Shown in pieces: positions 53,480 through 64,000 of a DNA stretch of 64,000 bases; position 1 is the stretch's first letter, and each line of letters starts with the position of its first letter. The notes under the pieces were generated by a model. That model did no database searches. It was not told the origin of the DNA and was given only the letters and a program-made list of their open reading frames with translations. The stretch is from Eledone cirrhosa. Lineage: Eukaryota. The DNA lies in NCBI GenBank assembly GCA_964016885.1, contig OZ024760.1:2480001-2544000 (forward strand), given 5' to 3'. The translations under genes and the position numbers were made by a program.

Positions 53480-54810
53480 ATTACATCCCACACCTTTGCT
53501 GGTTTAGCTGACCTTTTATGAGAATGTACCTCATAGAAGGTTTCTTGGATGTTTTAACGATAGAGACCCCAGTCCTATCATGTTGTTGCTACATCCCACA
53601 CCTTTGCTGGTTTAGCTGACCTTTTATGAGAATGTACCTCATAGAAGGTTTCTTGGATGTTTTAATGATAGAGACCCCAGTCTTATCATGTTGTTGCTGT
53701 TGTTGTTGGTTTTGTTACTACAGCCCACACCTTTGCTGGTTTAGCTGGCCTTTTTTTGAGGATCTACCTCATAGAAGGTTTCTTGGATGTTTTAATGATA
53801 GAGACCCCAGTCCTATCATGTTGTTGCTACATCCCACACCTTTGCTGGTTTAGCTGGCCCTTTTATGAGAATCTACCTCATAGGAGGTTTCTTGGATGTT
53901 TTAATGATAGAGACCCCAGTCCTATCATATTGTTGCTGTTGTTGTTGTTGTTGTTGCTACAGCCCACAACTTTACAGGTTTAGCTGACCTTTTATGAGGT
54001 TGCATTTTATGGTAGGTTTCTTGGATGTTTTAATGAAAGGGACCTCAGTTCTATCATACTCACAAATATAAATGTTTCAACAGCTTACGCCTATGTTGGT
54101 TTAGCTGACCTTTCATGAAGCTGCATTGCAATGAAATATTACAGCCCACACCTGAGTAAGTTTATATGACCTGCTATGAAGTTATCCCTCATAGGACTTC
54201 TCTTGGGTGTCTTAACACTTTAGAATTTACACTACTCTATATATACTATTGTATTTTTTGTGGTAAAGGTTTTATCTTGCATAATATCTCACATAATATT
54301 GAATCTATGAGATTTTAATATTATTTATTTTGAGAACAATATATTAACATCAGTATGAGCAGCCAGTTACAGCCGGTTTAAATAGAAAAAGATGAGAGAA
54401 TTCTGGCCGGATATGGCCGGTTTAAATGCTAAAGGGTTAATGATAAGGGCCCTATCATGTTATTGTTACAGCTCACACCTAGATTGGTTTAGCAGGCCTT
54501 TCATGAGGTTGTATCTCAGGAATTTTCTTGGATGTTTTAATGAAAGGGGTCACAGTCCTAACTTACTCACACATATGTGTAATGCTGTTGTTACAGCTCA
54601 CATTTATGTAGACATAGCTGGCCTTGTATGAGGTTGTATCTCGTAAGGTTTCTATGATGTTTTAATGATAGGGTCACCAGTCCTATTATACTCACAAATA
54701 TATATGTTGCTACAGCTTATACTTATGTTGGTTTAGCTGGCCTTTTATGAAGTTGGATCTCATAGTAGGTTTCTTTGATGTTTTAATGATAGGGGCACCA
54801 GTCCTCTCAG
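53480..54810. repeat. ~110-130-bp tandem repeat (~9-10 progressively diverged copies), interrupted by a TTAA MITE at 54212-54440
   Basis: ACATCCCACACCTTTGCTGGTTTAGCTGACC...GATAGAGACCCCAGTCCTATCAT units at 53482, 53591, 53720 and 53829. Confidence 0.85.
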
Positions 54811-57089
54811 AAAAAGCAATGTGGAATGAAGCATCTAACTCAAGAACACAACATGCTACATGGTTGAGGAACCAAACCCATAACCTTTTTGTTGTGAGTT
54901 CCTTAACCTGTTGACCGCTGTGTATATTTTACACAGCTACAGTTGCTGCATGGGTTTTTTTTCAGTAAAATGACTATTTTTTAAAACAAACATTTATTAA
55001 CAACACATATCTGAATGGTTGACAAACATCACAACAATAAACTAGTAACCCCACCTAGCTTTGAAGTTATGAACTGTTTGAAACGAGTTCAAACATGTTA
55101 GGTTGTGTTATCTCGTTCGTGGCACAGGAATGCATACATGTTAGGACGAGTTATCTTATCTACGGCACTGAATAGGTTAACACCCTAACCACAAGGCCGC
55201 AAGCCTTCATGTTCTCATCAATTCTGCGACTAAAGCATTATTCCCCCTCCCTGTTCATTATAAGAGGATGAAGGAATAGCTGGCCGCTTAAGAAGTCCAC
55301 TTGATAATCATCAGGTCCTGGGTTCAATCCCACAACCTGGCACCTGGGGTAGCATCTTAACCATGGCTTTGAGTTGGCCCAAACCTTCTGAGGGAAACTT
55401 TGTAGAGAGAAACTGTGTTGATGCCCGCCAGCTGGATTGGACCGTACCAGTAATTCAAAAGGTAAACTGTGTCATGGATTGGTGGTGGCAGTTATGGCTG
55501 AGTGGTTAAGAAGCTGACACACTCACATACATATACACTTACCTAAAGTACCAGTCACGTACTGGAGTCAATTTAATCGACTTCCCCCCCCCCCAATTGT
55601 TGGCCTTGTGGCTAAATCAGGAACCATTATTATCATTATAAAATAAATAAAGAAATAAAGAAATCATTATTATTATTATTGTGGTTTGGCAGTATCGGTA
55701 GAGCATCAGACACCATGCTTTGCAGCACAGAGTTACGGCCCTTTACGGTCGTAATACCTGCCGAAGTTAACTTTACCTTTCATCCTTAAGGGATCAATAA
55801 AATAAAGTACCAGTAATGTACTGGGATAATTGCTGGCCTAGTAGTAGTAGTAGTGATGGTGGTGGTGGTGGTAGTAGTGGTGGTGGTGGTGATGGTAGTA
55901 GTAGTAGTAGTGGTGGTGGTACTAGTAGTAGTAGTAGTAGTGGTGGTGGTACTAGTAGTATTATTTACTTATCTATTGATAATAAAACTAAAGACAGAAT
56001 CAATAATTGCTCAGTTCAGTGACATTAGAAATTGATATGACCCACCCACCCACCCCTCACCTATCTCTATAAACATTGTTATCTGTAAAATGAAACTATC
56101 CATCAGGCATCATCATCATCACCATCATCGTTTTTGTGTCCGTTTTTCCATGCTTGCATGTGTTGGATGGGTCCTTCTCAGTGCAGCATCTCTCCACCTG
56201 TCGTGTTCCTTCATCATCTCCTCTGCCAGTCTTAGCTATTTGAGGTCAGCTCTCACAACTTCTGTCCAGGTCTTTCTTGGTTATACTCTATTGCGGCTTC
56301 CATCCACTGAAATTTCCTCTGCATTTCTTCGCCTATTGGTCATTGTCCCATTTAGAGGAAAGTTGGGTCAGATGACCGGGTCTCACTCATATAGGACAGT
56401 TGTTTCTAGCTGGTTTTCTACAGCTGGATGCCCTTTCTAACACCAACCACATTTACAGTGAGTGCTGGGTGCTTTTTGTCGTGACACCTACACAACCACT
56501 TACTGAGTGGGCTGGATGATTTGTGGTACCAACATAACATACATACACACACATATATATATATATCACACACACATATATATATATATATCATCATCAT
56601 TATTATCACTGTTTTACGTCCATTCTTCCACTCTAGCATGGGTTAGACAGGTAGTCCTGTTGTGGGCAGTGCCAGGTCGGGTGACCTTGTCTTGCTCATA
56701 CAGGAACTGATTTGGCTTGGTTTCTACAGCTGGATGCCCTTCCTAACACCGACCTCATTTATAGTGAGTGCTGGGTGCTTTTTTACTGTGGCACCTACAC
56801 GTCCACTTTACAGTGAGGGCTGGGTGCTTTTTTACTGTGGCACCTACACGTCCACTTTACAGTGAGGGCTGGGTGCTTTTTTACTGTGGCACCTACACGT
56901 CCACTTTACAGTGAGGGCTGGGTGCTTTTTTTTGCCGTGGCACCTCCACGACCACTTTGCAGTGGGAGGGTGTGGACATATTGTCTATATGCTTCAGCTT
57001 CGGCTTGGTCCCATGGGAAAATCAGGTCTTCTGTATTACTGCGTGATGCCAGAGGTCACAGTCTTGTGTCATCACTTTTGAGAGGTACA

Positions 57090-57255
57090 ATTGGGCAAGG
57101 TCAGCTTTTGTCACCTCATCCCAGGTGTTCTTGGGTCTCCCCCACTCCATGGCAGCCATCAACTTTTAGTGCTCTGCTCCTTTTTATGCAACTGTCATCC
57201 TTCATACGCTTCACATGTCCATACCAACGCAACCTCCTCTCCTGCTCTCTCACAC
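57090..57255 (-). mobile_element. RTE LINE C-terminal fragment
   Basis: QERRLRWYGHVKRMKDDSCIKR, similar to the 57973-58599 ORF. Confidence 0.8.
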
Positions 57256-57623
57256 ACACACATATGTATTCTAATCGATCGACTTTCGTCAAATCGGACC
57301 GAGGAAACAATGTTTCCATTGGTCTTTCCAATTGCTAATACTATCTATCGGTCGCAACTCCAGGTAGAAGAAGCAACGTGAAATAAAGTGTCTTGCTCAA
57401 GGACATAACGCATCGCCTGGTCCAGGAATCGAACTCACAACCTTACGATTGCGAATCCAATTCTCTAACCACTCAGCCACACGCCTTCACTACACATATG
57501 TATATATATATATAATAATAGGATATGTGTTCCTACACGCACAAGGCGCTAAGGGACGCATGTATTGTCCAACCATATGCCAATGTGGTTCAATGGCAGG
57601 TTAATAAATTAACGAGCCAGAAC

Positions 57624-57831
57624 ATATATAATCAAGGTTTAGCAAATAATGAAAAAGTTTCAAAATAAATTTTAAAAAATTGACTTTACCTACTATAGTT
57701 ACCTTTACCGAATCGGTTTCGAATCAAAAAATAAACGGAGACCATACGGCCTTCGGTAAAGGTAACTATAGTAGGTAAAGTCAATTTTTTAAAATTTATT
57801 TTGAAACTTTTTCATTATTTGCTAAACCTTG

Positions 57832-57840
<9 letters not shown>
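57624..57840. mobile_element. 89-bp perfect inverted repeat next to (TA)n, with the 3' half of a hammerhead at the junction
   Basis: Arms 57624-57712 and 57752-57840. The minus strand reads GAAA CCG ATT CGG TA at 57720-57706; CTGATGA is absent. Confidence 0.65.
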
Positions 57841-57903
<63 letters not shown>

Positions 57904-57950
57904 ACATGATAATGATGTATATATATATATATATATACACACACCATATA

Positions 57951-59829
57951 CATCATCATCATCATCATCATTTTATGTCCGCTTTTCCCTGCTTGCAAGG
58001 GTGGGACGGGTCTTATTCAGCACAGCATCTTTCCACTCGTCACGGTCCTTCGTCATCTCCACCGTGAGCTTCAATGATCTGAGGTCTGTTCTCACCACCT
58101 CCGCCCATGTTTTTCGTGGTCTACCTCTACCACGTCTTCCTTCAACTGGCATTTCCTGACTCTTCTTCACCCATCGGTCATCCTCCATGCGCATCACATG
58201 TCCATACCACCTCTGTCTCCTCTCCCGTACACTACATTCTATCCCTCTCAGACACAGTTTCTCTCTCAACACATTTATGCTGGGTCGTTCACGCACATTT
58301 ACACTGCACATCCAACGGAGCATGCTTGCCTCATTTCTCTCCAGCCGTCGTATATCCTCTGCAGTTGCTGCCCATGTCTCACTACCATGCAGCATCGCGC
58401 TCCTCACACAGGCATCATACAACCGGCCTTTTGTACGCAGGGAGAAACCCTTCTTCATCAACAGAGGAAGCAGCTCCCTAAACTTCTTCCAACCCGTCCT
58501 TATTCTAGATACTATGGCCTCGGAACACCCTCCTCCCATGCTAATCTGATCTCCTAGGTACCGGAAGCTATCCACCACTTCTATAGCGCCCTCCTGCATT
58601 TGAAAAATGTGTCTATCAATGCGACTTCTACTATATCGAACATAGCCATTTCCCTGACAGAATCAGGGTTTTGTCCTCTTTTCTACTCATCAAGACTTTT
58701 GTCTTAGCTAGGTTCACTCTCAGTCCTCTTGCTTCCAACTGCTGTTTCCATAGCCAGAATTTATTCTCTAGCTCCTCTACTGATTCTGCTATAAGAGCCA
58801 GATCGTCAGCATAGAGAAGTTCCCATGGACAGCCAGTCTTAAACTCCTCTGTTATGGCTTGGAGGACTATAATGAACAAGAGCGGACTGAGGACCGAACC
58901 CTGATGTACTCCTACTTGTATCTGGAATTCCTCACTAAACTCCATTCCTACCCTGACTTTACTGAGAGTACCTCTGTACAAAGTTTGCACTGTCCTCACA
59001 AGCCATTCCTCAACACCTAGCTTCCTTAGGGACCACCAGATGATAGATCGGGGTACCCTATCAAAGGCCTTCTCTAGGTCAACAACGGCTAAGTATAGTG
59101 GCTTATTTTTCTCTAACAACCTCTCTTGCAATTGTCTCACCAAGAAGAGGGCATCTGTTGTACTCTTCCCAGGCACAAAACCAAACTGCATCTCATCTAG
59201 TTTGACCCTTTCTCTAATTAATTGTGCTAATATCCTTTCTGCCGCTTTCATAACCTGATCTATCAGTTTTATACCCCTATAATTGCTCCTCTCCGGAGCA
59301 TCCCCTTTACCTTTGTAGCAATTTATGAGAATACTGCTGCACCAGTCTTTGGGTATGATACCACCAAATATAGCCTGATTGATGATGTGTGCAACCAGTT
59401 TAGTGCCTACTCCCCTGATGCCTTCAGCATCTCAGCAACTATTCCCGATGGTCCAGCAGCCTTACCATTTTTCATTTCCCTAATCGCCTCTTGGACCCTA
59501 TATTCGTCAATCTCAATAGTTGGTCCCTCTGTCGGATCTACCAAGGGTAATTTCTCTCTCTCCCATTCGTTCTCCACATTCATCAGTCTCTCATAATGAC
59601 ATTTCCAGGCCTCCTTTTTCTGATCATTCGTGACACTAAGTACACCGGCATCATCCCAGACACATTTATCTCCAACAACATCCTAATTTGCATTGACACA
59701 CTGCCTTGCAATGTGGAACACCGCACGCCTCTGATCTTCCCGTCGCAGAACATTGGCAAACCTCCCACTCTCAACCTCCCTGCGTGCTAAGTACACCTGA
59801 CGTCTAGCTTCTCTCTTAGTGGCTGTATA
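57951..59829 (-). mobile_element. 5'-truncated RTE-clade LINE; reverse transcriptase pseudogene
   Basis: RT motifs QFGF, DLEKAFD, GVHQGSVLSPLLF and YADD, then FRYLG, GSETW, LRW, RWYGHVMRM and RGRGRP. It has an (ATG)n tail, a stop and an apparent internal deletion near 58600-58635, further frameshifts upstream, and no endonuclease domain. Confidence 0.97.
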
Positions 59830-59839
59830 CATATATATA

Positions 59840-60470
59840 TAGTGGTGGTGTTGATGGTGGTGACGCAGTTAATAATGGTGTTAGTGGTAGTGGTGATGGT
59901 GGTGGTAATGGTGATGGTGGTAGTGGTAGTGGTGGTTGATGGTGGTGGTAGTGGTAGTGGTGGTGATGGTGGTAGTGGTAGTGGTGGTAGTGGTGGTGAT
60001 GGTGGTGGTAGTGGTGGTGATGGTGATGGTGATGGTGGTAGTGGTGGTAGTGGTGGTGATGGTGGTGGTAGTGATGGTGATGGTGATGGTGGTAGTGGTG
60101 GTGATGGTGGTGGTGGTAGTGATGGTGATGGTGGTAGTGGTGGTGATGGTGGTGGTAGTGGTGGTGATGGTGATGGTGGTAGTGGTGGTGATGGTGGTGG
60201 TGGTAGTGATGGTGATGGTGGTAGTGGTGGTGATGGTGGTGGTAGTGGTGGTGATGGTGATGGTGGTAGTGGTGGTGATGGTAGTGGTGGTTGATGGTGG
60301 TGGTAGTGGTAGTGGTGGTGATGGTGGTAGTGGTGATGGTGGTAGTGGTGATGGTGATAGTGGTGGTGGTGATGGTAGTAGTAGTAGTGGTGATGGTAGT
60401 AGTAGTAGTAGTGGTGGTGGTGGTAGTAGTGGTGAGAGGTAGTAGTAGTGGTGGTGGGGGTGGTGGTAGT
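59840..60470. repeat. (GGT/GAT/AGT)n tract
   Basis: Produces spurious poly-His/Pro/Thr/Gly ORFs. Confidence 0.9.
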
Positions 60471-60574
60471 TGACCAAACACCAATCAAATGACATTCTTT
60501 TATCCTGATATTTCATGTCATCTCAGATGTTTAACACAGCACTTGCACAATTGACTAATACAAACTGTACATAA

Positions 60575-60879
60575 GTACATACATATACATACATACATAT
60601 ACATACCTGCATGCATATACATACCTGTATATATACATACCTGCATATATATATAAATATATATATATATATTTATATATATACACACACACATACATAT
60701 ACATACCTGCATATATACATACCTGCATATATATATATATATATATATATTTACACACACACATACATATACATACCTGCATATATACATACCTGCATAT
60801 ATATATATATATATATATATTTACACACACACATACATATACATACCTGCATATATACATACCTGCATATATACATACC

Positions 60880-60925
<46 letters not shown>

Positions 60926-61450
60926 TACATATACATACCTGCATATATATATGTACATATTACCTGCTTATATATGTATATACATACATACATACATACA
61001 TACATACATACATACACACATACATACATACATACATACAAAGACACACACACATATGACACACAGAGATACACATACATGACAACAGAGATACACACAT
61101 GCACACAAACCCACAGACACAGACAAACACAGACATACACATACGCACACAAACCCACACACACGCACACAAACCCACACACACAGACAAACACAGACAT
61201 ACACACACGCACACAAACCCACACACACGCACACAAACCCACACACACAGACAAACACAGACATACACACACGCACACAAACCCACACACACAGACAAAC
61301 ACAGACATACACACACGCACACAAACCCACACACACAGACAAACACAGACATACACACACGCACACAAACCCACACACACAGACAAACACAGACATACAC
61401 ACATGCACACAAACCCACACACACAGACAAACACAGACATACACACACAA
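60575..61450. repeat. CA/TA minisatellites (ACATACCTGCATAT; ~42-bp CACACAAACCCACACACACAGACAAACACAGACATACACACACG)
   Basis: Direct inspection. Confidence 0.9.
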
Positions 61451-62426
61451 CACAGTCCTTTAAAAGAAAACGACCAAATTTTATTAACTGCACCAGAGTT
61501 TATTGATTCCACCACAATTCCATGAATCCTACAGTTCCAGTTCCACAGTTCCATAATTCCATAGAAATTGGTGAAGTAGTTTTAAAATGGACATCGTTTC
61601 AGGGGTTTCTTTCTGGTTGTTGTTGTTGGTGCTGGTTTTTTTAATTATTTTTTTTATATTTTTATGGTTGTTTTTTTGTTACTTGTTTTTTTTTTTTTCT
61701 TCCTTTCCAGAGAATTCCATGAAGAATTAGCCAAAACTCACCGAATCTCTTCAATATTTTAGATTGAAAACATTCATTGCGAAATTTGCCAAATGCAATT
61801 TCCAGCATCATCAATGACAACCATGAACCTCCCATTTTATATCTTATTTTATTTTATTATTCTTTTCTGTTTTTTTTTTGCTTTATTCTTTGACAGGTTT
61901 GCAGTGGATTGGCAGTATCGGTAGAATGTCGGACACCATGCTTTGCAGCATAGAGTTACGGCCCTTTATGATCTGAGTCCAAATCCCGGTGAGGATAACT
62001 TTGCCTTTCATCCTTACGGGGTTGATAAAATAAAGTACCAGTAATACACTGGGTCAATTTAATCACCCCCCCCTCTCCCGCGCAAAAAAAAAAAAAAAAT
62101 GCTGGCCATACTGGAGCAATACCTTCATTTAATCAAGCCTACCAATCTCCGGTACTTATTATTATACATGTTTTTTTCAAGTCTGGTATTTACTTTATCG
62201 CTCTCTTAATGCAAACACACACACACATACATACACATACACACACACACATACACAAACACACATCTGTGTGTTTATGTTTATGTTTGTGTCTGTGTTC
62301 ATTTCCAGTAACTTCCCCAAAATGGCTGACCAAATGCACCACACATGCACAACTCCCATAAAATGTCATTTCCACATTCTTTCCCCTTCTTACTCTCTAT
62401 CTTTCAATTTATTCTTTATCATTCTA

Positions 62427-62462
62427 TCTTCTGATGAAGACCTAACATCCGAAATGTTAAGA
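62427..62462 (+). ncRNA. Degenerate hammerhead motif (family of 9984)
   Basis: TCTT CTGATGA AGACCTAACATCC GAAA TGTT AAGA, with stem II disrupted. Confidence 0.5.
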
Positions 62463-63628
62463 CACTTTTCCTACTATGTCAAACATTTAGCTAATATATA
62501 TCTACATTGTACTGTATAATTCCGCTATGTTGATTTTCTTCATCAACCTTTCACTCTCCTGTTCTATTGCCCTGATTGATTCCTGAGTTGATCGATATCA
62601 AAACAATTGTAATATGCAAATAAAGTTTCTATATATGCTGCAACACTGACTTTGATTCTTAAATCTATTTACACTCAGCACACTACAGCTGCAACTCTGA
62701 AATACAACCCAAACAAAACGGAGCTCGTAACAACATTGAGTCCTTTGAACGGTGCGCCACCTGTAACTGTTGTTACAAATCTAACCTCTCTTACATTGAA
62801 GATACTATTTAACCAACCACTCTCCAAGATGGCCGACTGAACACGCAACTTTTTTTCTCCCCAATTCCGGCCAGAATTCTCTCACCTCTTTCTGTTCAAA
62901 CCTGCTGTAACTGGCCGCTCATACTAACGTTTAGGTATTGATCTCAAAATAAATAATATCAAAATCCTATAGATTCGATATTATGTGAGATAATTATATA
63001 AGGAAAAGCCTTTACTGTGAAAATAAATAGTATATATAGGGTAATGTAAATGCTAAAGGGTTAAATGTGTGTGTGTTTTTTTTTTCTCCTTCAACTTTCC
63101 AACACTTTTCTGAGAATTCTTGCTGATCCTATCAAGGCTGTTGTCATCAATGACAATGTTGGTAATTCCTAGCTTCTCAAGCCATGTCTAGTCTTTTACT
63201 AACTGCTCCCAGTACACCAAACACAAGGAATTACTGAGATCAAGGTTATTGTAGAAAATACTTGTCCAAGGTGCTGCAGAGTGAGACGGAACCCAGAAAC
63301 CACATCATACTGAAATGAACTCCCCACAACAAACCCTGCCAGCCTTTATTGTTTATTTGTTTGTGGGGTTTTCTTGTTTTGTTTTTTGCTTTTAGCCTAT
63401 TTGCTTGCTGCTTCAGTATTTAACAATAACTCAACTTCAACACGGTCTGTTTGTCAAAGTGCAGCAAAGCGTGATACGAAAGCCTCCCTCCCACTTTGAA
63501 CAATTGAACAATTTACAAAACGTGTTTAAGTATTCGTCATCATCATCAACACTATATTACATCTATTTTCCATACTTGCAGAGAGAGAGAGAGAGAGTGT
63601 GAGAGATAGAGTGAGAGTGAGAATGTGT

Positions 63629-63660
<32 letters not shown>

Positions 63661-63725
63661 ATCATCATCATCATTAATGTTTTAATGTCCGATTTCCCTG
63701 CTAGCAAGGGTTGGTTATATATACT

Positions 63726-63767
<42 letters not shown>

Positions 63768-63883
63768 AGTATATATAACCAACCCAATATATATATGTTT
63801 ACATATATATGTATATATATATATATGAGTGTGAGTGTGTATATGTGTGCATATGTGTATATATGTATATATATACATATATA

Positions 63884-63946
<63 letters not shown>

Positions 63947-63963
63947 ATATATATACATATATA

Positions 63964-64000
<37 letters not shown>

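Noticed and set aside
61690-61830. Strong plus-strand acceptor and minus-strand donor CG|GTGAGT in unique sequence
   Set aside because: There are no matching partner sites and no recognisable protein, so it is unsupported.

Overview
This is AT-rich, microsatellite-saturated animal genomic DNA. It is very probably from an octopod cephalopod, inferred from the tRNA/CORE SINEs with (ATG)n tails, the RTE LINEs and the (TA)n density. Only one host coding exon is recognisable: the first coding exon of an otoferlin-like (type II ferlin) gene on the minus strand (24303->24225, MALILHLKCVDNLRSTCNRKAKVTFR/G, ending at an AG|GTAAGC donor). Positions 1-24224 are therefore probably intron 1, in which I found no exon 2, and 24304-64000 is 5' UTR and upstream sequence. 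The rest is repeat-derived: a 5'-truncated RTE LINE with reverse transcriptase, several RTE fragments, three SINE groups (one sharing the RTE 3' tail), TTAA (piggyBac-type) MITEs, a hAT MITE with an 8-bp TSD, a mariner fragment, a head-to-tail Helitron dimer, and minisatellites that arose inside transposons. The most notable hidden signal is about 15 minimal type I hammerhead ribozyme motifs (CUGANGA...GAAA...UH) from at least six unrelated sequence families. Most sit in short units inside (TA)n tracts, several with long inverted repeats, which fits Penelope-like or retrozyme remnants. A ~60-bp imperfect pre-miRNA-like hairpin lies in the putative intron. Almost all long ORFs in the supplied track are low-complexity artefacts. 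All comparisons to known families are from memory; no searches were run.
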